The notes under the pieces are model-generated. The model was given only the letters and a program-made list of their open reading frames with translations, made no database searches and had not been told where the DNA came from. Below are positions 18,745-28,558 of a stretch of 64,000 nucleotides of DNA, piece after piece (position 1 is the first letter of the stretch; every line of letters starts with the position of its first letter). Origin of the DNA: a virus (lineage: Duplodnaviria; Caudoviricetes); IMG/VR virus record IMGVR_UViG_3300050119_000088, positions 32,001 to 96,000 of that record; one strand, 5' to 3'. The position numbers and the translations under genes are program-made.

Positions 18745-19464
18745 CTACCTCATGACACTCAAATAACGATACCAGTTCTGCTCTTCAAATAACTTCGGAG
18801 TCTCACTTGCATCTGTCAACACCCAAACGCCAACCCCGTGAGCATTGAACATAGGAAACGTTTGAAGTTGTGATGGCGTAAATACATAGCCTGTTGGATT
18901 CTTGCATTCAATCCAACGTTGGCCATATTGTTTGTGTGTTGCAAAGAGATCGGGAAATCCATACTGGAATAAGCAACCATACGTTTCCTTGACGTACCAA
19001 CCTTCACCGGCCAATTTTATTTTGAGAGCTTCTTGTATATCTCGTTCCGGGCCACGTGAAGCAAGCCTAGTAGACCGCTCATACGGTCTTGAAGGCTTCT
19101 TATCTCGTGTCCGTGTAACTGGTTTCATCACATCTAAGTAAGTGTACCAGTTTTGGGGCTTAAAGAGTTTGTTGTATTCCCAATCGGTATCGGATGTAAG
19201 AATCCAAACCCCCGAACCGTTGTTACTAAGTTTCGGGAAGTCTTCCAACTGTGCTTCAGTAAAAACATAACCAGTCGCTTGTTTGCACTCAATCCATCGG
19301 GCACCAAGAGTAAAATGAGCAGCAAAGACATCAGGAAAGCCAACCTGATATTCATTAGCGTGCGTTGCTTTCGCCATCCATCCGTTTTGATGGAGCTTCA
19401 ACATGATTCGCTTTTGCAAATCGGATTCAGGTTTCCTAGCTGGAATAATTCTTTTGGGTTGCAT
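18745..19464 (-). CDS. tandem double VRR-NUC (PD-(D/E)xK) nuclease
   Basis: Two copies of PE..IQ...GFPD.FA.H...G.RWIECK...GYVFT..QL..FP. Confidence 0.8.
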   Translation of the reverse strand: MQPKRIIPARKPESDLQKRIMLKLHQNGWMAKATHANEYQVGFPDVFAAHFTLGARWIECKQATGYVFTEAQLEDFPKLSNNGSGVWILTSDTDWEYNKLFKPQNWYTYLDVMKPVTRTRDKKPSRPYERSTRLASRGPERDIQEALKIKLAGEGWYVKETYGCLFQYGFPDLFATHKQYGQRWIECKNPTGYVFTPSQLQTFPMFNAHGVGVWVLTDASETPKLFEEQNWYRYLSVMR

Positions 19465-19515
19465 AGGGCTATAATATCCATGATCGCAAACAGCTCGCCT
19501 CCATGCGAGCTATTT

Positions 19516-19791
19516 TCACCTTGTCAGTTTGGCCAATGCAAGCAGACTAAGAGCCTTGTTGATACGAAGCATATACGCTTCCTTGTTTTTGACGGCATCA
19601 TCTGGATTGCCGGTGGCCGTTTTAAGGGCGACCCGAGCCTCGGTAATAAACTCGATAGCTCTCAGTTCATAATAATCTGCGTCGCCCGTCTCTAATAGGG
19701 CAGACATCGGACCTGTCTCACGAGGATCAAAAAGCCCTTCAAGCAGGCTTGTCCTCACTGAGGTCATGGACGGCCGTTTGGATCTTGCCAC
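19516..19791 (-). CDS. hypothetical protein
   Basis: 91-aa ORF with GGAG RBS. Confidence 0.55.
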   Translation of the reverse strand: MARSKRPSMTSVRTSLLEGLFDPRETGPMSALLETGDADYYELRAIEFITEARVALKTATGNPDDAVKNKEAYMLRINKALSLLALAKLTR

Positions 19792-20149
19792 GGTTTCTCC
19801 AGGCCACTCGAAGCTTCTTCTGTTCGATCTTCAAGAGCTTCTGCTCTCGAAGCTGGTGTTGACCGAACAGACCATGAATATTCGCCCACCAGTCTTCTGG
19901 TCGAAGATGACGAACATTCAGCAATTGCTGAAAGACACCATCTCGAATAACGCGAAGCATGACGAGATATGCCTCAAGTTGTTCATTGGTTCGATTGGGA
20001 AAATCCCGAACGTCAACATCGTAATGGACGTTCATGACTCCAGCTTCGATGACTTCATTCCTCATGAAATCATGAAGCTTCTTGATTTCATCAAGAGTTC
20101 TCTCCCGTCCCGTCAGCTCGACGGTTTCTGGCTTCTTCTTGCGAGGCAT
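19739..20149 (-). CDS. hypothetical protein
   Basis: Start at MPRKKK, coding direction. Confidence 0.55.
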   Translation of the reverse strand: MPRKKKPETVELTGRERTLDEIKKLHDFMRNEVIEAGVMNVHYDVDVRDFPNRTNEQLEAYLVMLRVIRDGVFQQLLNVRHLRPEDWWANIHGLFGQHQLREQKLLKIEQKKLRVAWRNRGKIQTAVHDLSEDKPA

Positions 20150-20450
20150 ACTTGGCAATCTCCGATAATAGTGTGCTCTTGGAAAGCTGATTGTAATAAG
20201 CGATTCCGAATCGCTTTCCAACTGCTCGAAGCTGTCGAACGGTCATATTTGAATATTCAACTTCAGCTTGAACAGAAATCCATTTTTCCAAACCAAGATG
20301 ATCATTGTTTGCAATAAGCTGACGAACGGATTCTTGATCTGTACTGTTTTCGTATAAAGACATAAAGGCAGCAGTATTTACTGTACGATCTATACATCTG
20401 AGGTTCAAGAGTTGCTGGTGTACCGCAGACTTCAACGATTCAATTAACAC
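20091..20450 (-). CDS. hypothetical protein with Rho-N-like helical motif
   Basis: MTVRQLRAVGKRFGIAYYNQLSKSTLLSEI. Confidence 0.45.
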   Translation of the reverse strand: MLIESLKSAVHQQLLNLRCIDRTVNTAAFMSLYENSTDQESVRQLIANNDHLGLEKWISVQAEVEYSNMTVRQLRAVGKRFGIAYYNQLSKSTLLSEIAKYASQEEARNRRADGTGENS

Positions 20451-20459
20451 AATGTTACC

Positions 20460-22751
20460 TCATTTTTCACTCCAATTCTTCATAAACGGATTCCATTCCA
20501 TTTTAATAAGTGGGACTTTGGGCCGGAATGTTTCCACCGCGTCATAAACAATCTTCTCAACTTGATTGACATAATCAGGGTCGGTAGGACACATGATTTC
20601 GTCATGGATATTCATCGGAATAACACGCCAAGGATGAATACCCGACGGCTGAAGTTCCCAGATTTGTCGTTGAACTGCTTTGGTAATCTGGGCTCCTGAA
20701 CTCTGAATAACATGATTAGCCGCTGCACGCATATTGTTGCCTTGCAAGCCGAATGCGGCTCCGAACAAAGCAGTTTGCGTTGCACCGCCGACAAGCTGTT
20801 CTCGATCTCGACGAACCACCTTAGTATTGATCTCTTTCCAATGCTTCGGTGGATGCTCTCCAAGATCAAAGAGTGCTTTGCAAATCATATTCTCAACAGT
20901 AAAGTAACGACGGAAACCCATCAACGACTCAATGTACTCGGCTGGATCGGCCCAAATAACTCGGCTACCGATTCCATTGGGTTGAGTCATTGAACAGAAA
21001 GCTGTGAAAATCTTCTGTCGAGCCAAACCGACGCCATGATAACGACCAACAAAACGTTGGTATGCTGCTTCTGCAATCTCAACCGGAATACCGATTCGAG
21101 AATGTAGTGTGTTATGGTCGCCACCATAGATCAAAGCGAATACACCCCGCTTCGACATATCGTACATATCGAGTTCGCGGTCGCCGGCCGATGCTACAAT
21201 ATCTTCGTAAGTTTTTCCGGGAAACAAATATTGACCAAACAAAGCATGAATCTTCTTGCCCGATAGAAGATCATTTCGCAAATCAATATCATTGTACGCA
21301 GCATCTGCAAGCACTACTTCAAATCCCGCAAAATCTCCTCCAGAGAGTTGCATGCCCGAGAAAGCAAGCGGAAAGCATCTTCGCACTTCTTTAGTTCGTT
21401 TGATACCTTGTGCATTGAGTTGGTCAGTGCCAGACATGCGAGACGATTTCGTTCCAATGATGACGAAACTCGCATGAAATCTTCCGGCTTGTAAAAGCTT
21501 GTCATAAAGTTCAAGTTCTTTGCCCGCACCGCGAGCATCGAGAACATTACGAGCACGTTCGGCGGCTGGATGTGGAACACGACCTGTTCCCTTGCAAATT
21601 GCACAGGGGTAGCCAACTGGCATATCAATGCAGTCTTCGCAATCTTGTTCAGTGAGTGAAGCCACTTCTTCAAGAACAACCTTCTTGGTTGATCCCTTCA
21701 TCGCAAGAATCTCTGTCGGATGCATCTTCTCTGTTACGTATCGCATTGCTGGGCCGGGTGCTGTTGGATAAGCTTTCTTCTTATCCAAAGCTGATTGACG
21801 CAATCGTTTGATGCCTTCAACATCGATTGCGAAACCCTTCCAACGAACTGCACCAACCATGCAAGCAAGTTCGGAATCATCGTCTCCCAATTCAGGTGAG
21901 CCGAAATACCGATACAATTTACGAGTAATGTCAACATCATTAGCCGCATACTTTCGAGCATACGTATTGAATCCCCAATGATCAATGTGATGCTCGATAA
22001 CGTCCGGCCAGGCTCCCTTCCAATTGTGACGAGAACCGATTGCACGAGCAAATGGTGCGTATCCGAGTTCAACCGGATGGAACTTGGAATCAATATCAAT
22101 ATCCTGAAAGAACGTAACAAGATCCGGTTGAAGGCCCAAAGCGTCGGCCGCAAGTGTCTTCAACGCTGAAGACGGAGCGAATGTTAATACAACATCTTTG
22201 AAATCAGGAACGATGTCACCTTCGGCATCTTCGATATCAAAGACATTCCAACGGGGAGCCCACTTGTTTTTCTTCTTGGCGAAATAAATATCCTTCAGTT
22301 GTACACGTCGCTCAAGTTCTTGTGCAAGATGCCATGCAAGAGCGGTTGGCACGCGACGGATTCGTACCTCATCCCTCCGCATCATTGATTGATACGGGCC
22401 TTTGCGAGCATGGAGCATCAGATCCATCGCTCGAACTGGCTTGAGGCAATCACCATCGCGTGCCAACGGTTCATACTCAGCAAGCTCTTCGATCTGCTCG
22501 TCCGGATAAGAATCCTTATCTGGGAGCATGCTGAGCATAGAATAGATTTTGCAAATCTGGAACCAGTCGAACGTCAGGTTGAATCCGACGATTCCGCCCG
22601 GATGATTGACGATCTCCTCGATTACCGAAAGTGTAGACGCGACGGTTTCCCGCCAGATTTCGTGAAGAATGATCTCCTCATCATCCTTCGCGTACTGTAG
22701 GAGTACAGCGGGACCGACGAATCCACACGTTTCAGTATCAAGAAATATCAT
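20460..22751 (-). CDS. polA: family A DNA polymerase with 3'-5' exonuclease
   Basis: ExoI DTET, ExoII FNLTFD, ExoIII YAAND, motif A DFAGFE, motif B KRGVFALIYG, motif C IHDE. Confidence 0.92.
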   Translation of the reverse strand: MIFLDTETCGFVGPAVLLQYAKDDEEIILHEIWRETVASTLSVIEEIVNHPGGIVGFNLTFDWFQICKIYSMLSMLPDKDSYPDEQIEELAEYEPLARDGDCLKPVRAMDLMLHARKGPYQSMMRRDEVRIRRVPTALAWHLAQELERRVQLKDIYFAKKKNKWAPRWNVFDIEDAEGDIVPDFKDVVLTFAPSSALKTLAADALGLQPDLVTFFQDIDIDSKFHPVELGYAPFARAIGSRHNWKGAWPDVIEHHIDHWGFNTYARKYAANDVDITRKLYRYFGSPELGDDDSELACMVGAVRWKGFAIDVEGIKRLRQSALDKKKAYPTAPGPAMRYVTEKMHPTEILAMKGSTKKVVLEEVASLTEQDCEDCIDMPVGYPCAICKGTGRVPHPAAERARNVLDARGAGKELELYDKLLQAGRFHASFVIIGTKSSRMSGTDQLNAQGIKRTKEVRRCFPLAFSGMQLSGGDFAGFEVVLADAAYNDIDLRNDLLSGKKIHALFGQYLFPGKTYEDIVASAGDRELDMYDMSKRGVFALIYGGDHNTLHSRIGIPVEIAEAAYQRFVGRYHGVGLARQKIFTAFCSMTQPNGIGSRVIWADPAEYIESLMGFRRYFTVENMICKALFDLGEHPPKHWKEINTKVVRRDREQLVGGATQTALFGAAFGLQGNNMRAAANHVIQSSGAQITKAVQRQIWELQPSGIHPWRVIPMNIHDEIMCPTDPDYVNQVEKIVYDAVETFRPKVPLIKMEWNPFMKNWSEK

Positions 22752-22904
22752 CCGGTAATCCGAGCCTGTAACGGAATAATAATCGTATCCTGAGATTCCT
22801 CGTTAGAAACCTCAACATACGTCGGAGGAAGATTACAGGTGTGATTGCAAGAATCACAACGGTAATAGAAACCCCGACGGGCCGATTGAACACACATCAT
22901 CCCG

Positions 22905-23735
22905 TCAGGACAGCGGGGACAAAGCTTCTTTTGGAACTTCATAGGGGACGCTCTTCTCCTGGGCGAGTGTCTTGATATCACCGAAAAGATCCGAATCGGC
23001 GATCTCTCCGGCTGCCCACGCAAGACATCGTGTTCCCATGTTGTTGCCGACACTTTCCCGAATGTGATCCATCATGAGAAAAATCTCCTGACGATCACGA
23101 AGCTTCCGGGTCGAGGCTGGCCGCTTGATCGGTTCCTTGATCTTGATCTTCTCTCCCCGTTCTTTTCCTTCTTTGATCTTGCGAACAGCCTCGAACTGCT
23201 TCTCCTTGTTCCCGAGGGTGTAGAGATCCCGGATCTGCTGTTGAGAAAGCAAACCCCCGGCCGCTTCAACCTGGATCTCGGTGGGCAGTGTCAGCACGTA
23301 ATAACGAATCTGAACCCAGCCACGCGACTGGTGCAAATCCGCCGCGACCTGCTCCTGTGTCATACCCGCTATATACAGCTTCTCAAGAGCCTTGGCCTCT
23401 TGAACGATGTTGAGATCCTTGCGAGCAAGATTCTCGTCCAAGTTCATCAACCGAGCCTGGATATCCGTAAGGCCCACAACAATGTTACAAGGTGCAACTG
23501 GCTTCTCCAAAAGCTGGAGCGCCTTGAACCTTCTGTATCCACTGATGAGTCGGTACTTGAACCCCGTTTTGGCTTGGGCTGCTTCGTCGTAGGGCTGAAT
23601 AACGAGAGCGTTCTGCAACTGATTCGCATCAATACTTCGGGCGAGGTCAACGACATCGATTGGAGCGATCACTCCGCGACAGTTGAAGTCACTGTCAGCG
23701 TGGATCTCACCAAGCGGAATATCCTTCACATCCAT
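22905..23735 (-). CDS. ParB/Spo0J-like protein
   Basis: LARSI...LISGYRR, ENLARKDL, HTH TQEQVAADLHQSRGWV. Confidence 0.88.
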   Translation of the reverse strand: MDVKDIPLGEIHADSDFNCRGVIAPIDVVDLARSIDANQLQNALVIQPYDEAAQAKTGFKYRLISGYRRFKALQLLEKPVAPCNIVVGLTDIQARLMNLDENLARKDLNIVQEAKALEKLYIAGMTQEQVAADLHQSRGWVQIRYYVLTLPTEIQVEAAGGLLSQQQIRDLYTLGNKEKQFEAVRKIKEGKERGEKIKIKEPIKRPASTRKLRDRQEIFLMMDHIRESVGNNMGTRCLAWAAGEIADSDLFGDIKTLAQEKSVPYEVPKEALSPLS

Positions 23736-23792
23736 AGCATACTCCCAAGCCAATCAATAGGTGAGGTAAATTCGCATTTCACCTCATACCTT

Positions 23793-23821
23793 ATACTACG
23801 GCAAAAGGTGAAAATTTTGAA
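23793..23821 (-). promoter_or_regulatory. conserved phage promoter TTCAAA-N17-TAGTAT
   Basis: One of three copies sharing TTCAAA, 17-nt spacer ending TTTGCCG, and a -10-like hexamer. Confidence 0.75.
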
Positions 23822-24233
23822 GCCGACTCTGTTTGTTGATTGGATTGCGGCAATCAGAGCGAGTCTCGCTCAGATTGTGCAATCGGTTCCAGCATACGGT
23901 CAATAGCTGGGCCGAGAACGATCATAATACGGTCGGTGATTGATCTTGCAATCGACGACCGGACCTCGGCAGCAATCTTTACAACGAGTAACTCGTCCCT
24001 AAGTTCTAGTTCCGACGTTGTGATTGTGGTCACAATCGTCCTATCCATAGGTCGATGAAACGATGAAACATCCATTTAGTTTCTCGATGGTTCTAATTTA
24101 ATCATAAGATCCGGTCGTTGTGCTTCAAGACACCGTATCGTATGATAAGCTAATTCCAACTGTCGTTTCTGTAACTCCACTAATTCTTCAAGTTCTACCT
24201 CGCGAGACTTTGTATCGAACAACCAGGCCAACA

Positions 24234-24452
24234 TTATTTTAGTCCGGCAAGTTTGCCCCTTATATCAGCGGCAAGTTCGGGATAATCAACTTCACATGAT
24301 TTTGCATATTCCTCAAGTGCATGTCGAGCATGAACATCATGTGTTCCGTCCAAAACAAATAAAAAGCAATTGCAATGCTTCTTACCTGCAAGGTCCGCAC
24401 CATCATTCCGAATCACTGTGTACTTTGCGTACAGACCTTTCGGGGTATCCAT
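24234..24452 (-). CDS. hypothetical phage protein
   Basis: GLYAKYTVIRNDG...FVLD..HD.HA..AL..YA pattern. Confidence 0.6.
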   Translation of the reverse strand: MDTPKGLYAKYTVIRNDGADLAGKKHCNCFLFVLDGTHDVHARHALEEYAKSCEVDYPELAADIRGKLAGLK

Positions 24453-24681
24453 TGCGACGCTCTTGTCTTAGAATTGTAATTGCATTACGCACAGCGGCAC
24501 GATTAGTCTTGTCATAACCTAAATCGAAACATTTTGTTCCGACATAGATTCGATAAGCACCAAATGAGTATTCCTCACTGTAGCAATCTTGTGGACAATC
24601 AGAATTCGATCCCACCAATCCGATATTCGGATCAATGGTTGTTTCAATTGTCAACAAAGATCCACAGATCGGACAGAACAT
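24403..24681 (-). CDS. small Zn-ribbon protein
   Basis: CPIC...CPQDC. Confidence 0.5.
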   Translation of the reverse strand: MFCPICGSLLTIETTIDPNIGLVGSNSDCPQDCYSEEYSFGAYRIYVGTKCFDLGYDKTNRAAVRNAITILRQERRNGYPERSVRKVHSDSE

Positions 24682-24683
24682 AT

Positions 24684-25130
24684 TTACTTCCCTTGTCTAT
24701 TCAATTCAGCCATCTCTAAGCAAATAATTCTTCTGAGTTGTTTTGCACTTTCTGTCAAAGGCATGTTAGATGTACTTGTACATTTAGTAAGAAATTCAAG
24801 CATCAATTCTGCTTGGGCGTGTTTTATAATAAGATAAGGCAACAGTGCTTCAAGAAACGGTTGTATTTGATTAACTTGTAATACCCAAGTATACGCTGTT
24901 TTATAATTTTCCTTGTCTCTTAGCTTAGAGCCAATGCTACCTAATCCTGTTTTCTTTTGTAACCAATCTACTACCGGCTTATATGTATTCGTTACAGATA
25001 CATGAAGCCCATAAGTATAGTCGAGGTACTCTTTACCTCGACGCTTCTTATGTTGGTAAACGGAAATTGAGCCTTCACCGTCAACAATACCAGCGATATA
25101 TGAAAGCTGGATTGGTGTAAGCAATTTCAA
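24684..25130 (-). CDS. single-motif LAGLIDADG homing endonuclease
   Basis: YIAGIVDGEGSI, VSVTNT, LLPYLIIKHAQA. Confidence 0.9.
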   Translation of the reverse strand: MKLLTPIQLSYIAGIVDGEGSISVYQHKKRRGKEYLDYTYGLHVSVTNTYKPVVDWLQKKTGLGSIGSKLRDKENYKTAYTWVLQVNQIQPFLEALLPYLIIKHAQAELMLEFLTKCTSTSNMPLTESAKQLRRIICLEMAELNRQGK

Positions 25131-27148
25131 TATTGTCGCTCCGCATGGGCATTAATAATAGACTCTCTGAACAAACCGAGACTCATATCTTGCAACTTTC
25201 TCTTCTTCTTCAGATTCTCGATAATGAGTGCATCGGACGGAAGATGGACTGCATCGATGATTGTGAGACCTTTATTAATATCCATGCCAATGCGGTGAGC
25301 GCGGTCTTCTGACTGCACACGAGACTCAGCGTTGAAGTCGTTGGAGTAATAATATTCTGTTGGTGATTCTGTGAGTGTAAGCCCAAGACCCCCTGATGCA
25401 GGGTGTGCAACGAAATTGATCTTGGCAATCTGTCGCGTCTTGTCCTGGAAAAGTTCAAGCATCTCCGATCCGCGTCGTCCATCAAGAATACCTGATCCCT
25501 TCCAACCGCGACCATCTACTCGAATGGTTTCCCATCCAAGCTTCTTGGAAGCCGCCACAATACGATCAATAGAACCTTTGAATCCAGCGAAAGTCACGAA
25601 CCGACCAACATCTTCATGTTGGTCGAGAAGTTCGAGGAGGAAATCCTCTTTTGGACAAGGAACCTGAATGGCTTCTCGTTTGTATGCGGTGACAAAGCCA
25701 TCTCCACCACAATTCGGACAAGTGATCTCCGCATCGGTGAAAACGTCTTCAGTGAGAACATCGGCTTTTGGCAATCGGAACAGATCACCAATCTCGACGC
25801 CGTAGCCTGAATATTGGTCGATATTCTCTGACGTGATCTCAATCTCATCTTCGACAAGCATCTTGTGCGTGATGGTCTTGTTGCCATCACAAAGCGGGCA
25901 TGGCTTGTCACCGACTTCTTCATCAACATATTGAAAACCATCACTCAGCTCCCGCAGGAGTGTCATTGCCGAGATCGTATTCTTGGCCGATGCCACAATG
26001 ATCTTGGCAGCGTTCAGTGTGGCTCTGCTTGGTGCAAGCTCAATCTGTTTGTAAATCTTGTCTGGCAGATCAAGACAATCCTTTTTGAACTTGACTGTGA
26101 CCAATCCCTTCATACGCTCATACAGATAGGACACTTCATTGATTGAGGGAATCCAACTATGAGCATCTGCATGAGTAGAGAGAACTTTTGCCATTGGCCC
26201 ATGAACATCATCAGACTTGAGCTTACCACAGATACCACACTTCTCGGTATTGTCAAGCCAAGTGACAAGTTGAGGATACTTGCCACCGGAAACTGCGTCC
26301 TTCATAACAATCAGTGCAAGTCGCTTCTTGAACTTCTGAGGAGTGCCCTCTTTGAGAAAGCCAGGCTGTGCAACCTCACACTGATGCCACCAATCTCCAG
26401 GATCTTTCGGTGCTGGCGATCCGCTCATTTCGATTACATAGCCATTGTAACCGTACTCAGCTCGAACGGAATCAGCAAGATGCCTTGCAGCAACGGATCT
26501 CTGAGCCATTGGATTCTTGATCCGGCTTGATTCGTCGAAGATAACACCTTGTGGTGCCGGTTTCCCAACAGGCCAGTTCTCGACAATCTTCTTCAAGCCC
26601 TCGTAAGTGCAGAATGTCGGCTTGATCCGACAGCCCCACTTCTTCATCTCCAATTGAGCCGCGAAAAGAGCGCTCTTGGGAGCCACCCAGAACCAATCCG
26701 TGATGCCTGAATGCTCCATCACTTCGATTGCGGCAAGCGTCTTTCCGACGCCCATCTCTGCCGCCATGATATTGTAGTGATAGGTCAAAGCATCAACAAC
26801 CAGATCGATCTGGTGCTTGTAAAGCGACCGGGTCGGCTGGTAGTCGGCGATCTTCGGTCTATCGAACCAAGCGTAAGGGTTCTGTCCGCCCAAGAATGAG
26901 AGTTGAAATCGATTCCTATAAGTATCCTTAATCGTCCAAGATTTGTCGTCTGGATTCCAGCGAGCACCTTCGAAGGATTTGACTTCCTCAATCAGCTTCT
27001 TGTTGAAGCCGAATTTGAGTGTGATATTCTTTGTGTCCGAAGTGATTGTGGCGGGATAAAGAAGTGAATTGGCCATCAATTTGGTTGGGAGCATGAACAT
27101 GATCAATCCTCGAAAGCTGCAAGCAGCTTGGGTGACTTGCTTTCGCAA
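25127..27148 (-). CDS. SNF2-like SF2 helicase with Zn-finger insertions (start may be at 27100)
   Basis: EMGVGKT, DESS, SGSP, GGLGLTLT, QSEDRAHRIG. Confidence 0.9.
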   Translation of the reverse strand: MRKQVTQAACSFRGLIMFMLPTKLMANSLLYPATITSDTKNITLKFGFNKKLIEEVKSFEGARWNPDDKSWTIKDTYRNRFQLSFLGGQNPYAWFDRPKIADYQPTRSLYKHQIDLVVDALTYHYNIMAAEMGVGKTLAAIEVMEHSGITDWFWVAPKSALFAAQLEMKKWGCRIKPTFCTYEGLKKIVENWPVGKPAPQGVIFDESSRIKNPMAQRSVAARHLADSVRAEYGYNGYVIEMSGSPAPKDPGDWWHQCEVAQPGFLKEGTPQKFKKRLALIVMKDAVSGGKYPQLVTWLDNTEKCGICGKLKSDDVHGPMAKVLSTHADAHSWIPSINEVSYLYERMKGLVTVKFKKDCLDLPDKIYKQIELAPSRATLNAAKIIVASAKNTISAMTLLRELSDGFQYVDEEVGDKPCPLCDGNKTITHKMLVEDEIEITSENIDQYSGYGVEIGDLFRLPKADVLTEDVFTDAEITCPNCGGDGFVTAYKREAIQVPCPKEDFLLELLDQHEDVGRFVTFAGFKGSIDRIVAASKKLGWETIRVDGRGWKGSGILDGRRGSEMLELFQDKTRQIAKINFVAHPASGGLGLTLTESPTEYYYSNDFNAESRVQSEDRAHRIGMDINKGLTIIDAVHLPSDALIIENLKKKRKLQDMSLGLFRESIINAHAERQY

Positions 27149-27149
27149 G

Positions 27150-27656
27150 TTATATGAATACGAGAGTTCCGTCTGCTAAGCCTTGCTTCGACCACTTGCT
27201 CCAGACATCTTTCAAATGCTGTTCGGTAGCAAGTCTAAAATAAATGAGATTGAAGAAAATTCGTAACTCATAAGATGTATGTTCTTGACAAATCTCCACA
27301 ATAATATTCTTCCACACTCTCAGATTGGCCGTTGCAATAAATACGGTGTCACTGTTGCAATCGATCAATAAGTCCGTTCCAAGTTTCAAGATTTCAATAA
27401 GCAAGGCTGGTTTGACTTCACAAAGAAACGTAAGTGTAATATGCTGTAGGATGTGTTCCGCATGTTGAATCGCAACGTGTGCATCGCTACCAGGATGTCG
27501 AAATGCCGCCAAGGTTGGAATGAGTGATAGTAATGATCCCGCCTTGATTCCTGCATTGTCGCAACCGCGTGTCGGAGATACACCAGTAATAATGTGTGTA
27601 TCATTGACGAAATTGTGCCAATCAAACTGCGGCACGCTAATTAATCTAACGTGCAT
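27150..27656 (-). CDS. divergent ThyX-fold protein lacking the RHR motif
   Basis: HILQHITLTF, TANLRVWKNII, YELRIFFNLIY resemble ThyX scaffold segments. Confidence 0.45.
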   Translation of the reverse strand: MHVRLISVPQFDWHNFVNDTHIITGVSPTRGCDNAGIKAGSLLSLIPTLAAFRHPGSDAHVAIQHAEHILQHITLTFLCEVKPALLIEILKLGTDLLIDCNSDTVFIATANLRVWKNIIVEICQEHTSYELRIFFNLIYFRLATEQHLKDVWSKWSKQGLADGTLVFI

Positions 27657-27900
27657 TCCTTTTACGTACTTTTGTATTTGGCTCATCTAACGTTGATCCT
27701 ACAGGATACTCACCGAGCAATATGAGACTATTGAGTCTCGCTTGAGCATCCACATGCTTGAAGCAACTCATTTGATTTGGAAAAGCTTTACCTTTGTAAT
27801 AGACGTAATGCTTTTTGTTTTCAAACCCAAAAAATGCAACGACCGCATCTCGTTCTGGAGATGGAGCCATTGCATCAATTGATTCATTGAGTGTAACCAT
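27646..27900 (-). CDS. hypothetical protein
   Basis: 84-aa ORF in operon direction. Confidence 0.5.
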   Translation of the reverse strand: MVTLNESIDAMAPSPERDAVVAFFGFENKKHYVYYKGKAFPNQMSCFKHVDAQARLNSLILLGEYPVGSTLDEPNTKVRKRNAR

Positions 27901-28415
27901 ATAATACTTGAGTTTCAGTTCCCCGAACCCAAGTTGCCTTGCTTTTGAGAGGTTGATTGGAATAAGACTTTTGGCTTTGGTTTTAACCTTGGTTTCCTCG
28001 GGGCTTCTGTTACCGGAGGATAAGATCCTGGTTGCGACAATCGATAAAGATCAGCTTTGACTTTTGGTTTGTTCATCTTTGCTCTGGTAGATAAATGATA
28101 ACCCCGAGCTGGGATAAATCCCCATGTATTGCTTTGTACAAGCAATATCACTGCTCCACTCGGGGGTAACTTTCCAACGTATACGATTGAAAATTACGCC
28201 AGGACAATGGCGTCTTGTTATGAATCGCGGAGACCCAACGTCCGCGTCCATTTCTCAATGTGGATTACTGGCTTCTGGTTCCAAGCATCCACAATCGAGA
28301 GAACAATAGTTGCTCTTGCGAATCAACTATCTTGTATGTGTGTTACTTCGATTACTCGAAGCGCTACACAAAACAACTTCCGAGTAGCCAGACACTACTC
28401 ATCCATAACAAGAGC

Positions 28416-28482
28416 CCTACACCTAGGATTCGAACCTAGCCGATTAACGTCGCGAAACATTAATCGTTTCCTGAAGAGTAGG
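28416..28482 (-). ncRNA. D-armless tRNA-like element with 10-bp arm
   Basis: Acceptor CCTACTC/GTGTAGG, arm CGATTAATGT/ACGTTAATCG, T-arm CTAGG-TTCGAAT-CCTAG. Confidence 0.65.
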
Positions 28483-28558
28483 TAAATCCTGATTGAGTAT
28501 TTGCTTCTAAGAAGCAAATAACGAACCATCTTACAAGGACGACTCTCCCAACCAGGAG

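Noticed and set aside
24684-25130. Group I intron or intein hosting the LAGLIDADG genes
   Set aside because: Flanking genes are complete, there is no room for intron core structure, and no intein termini are present; no gene-end duplication was seen here or at 39855-40286
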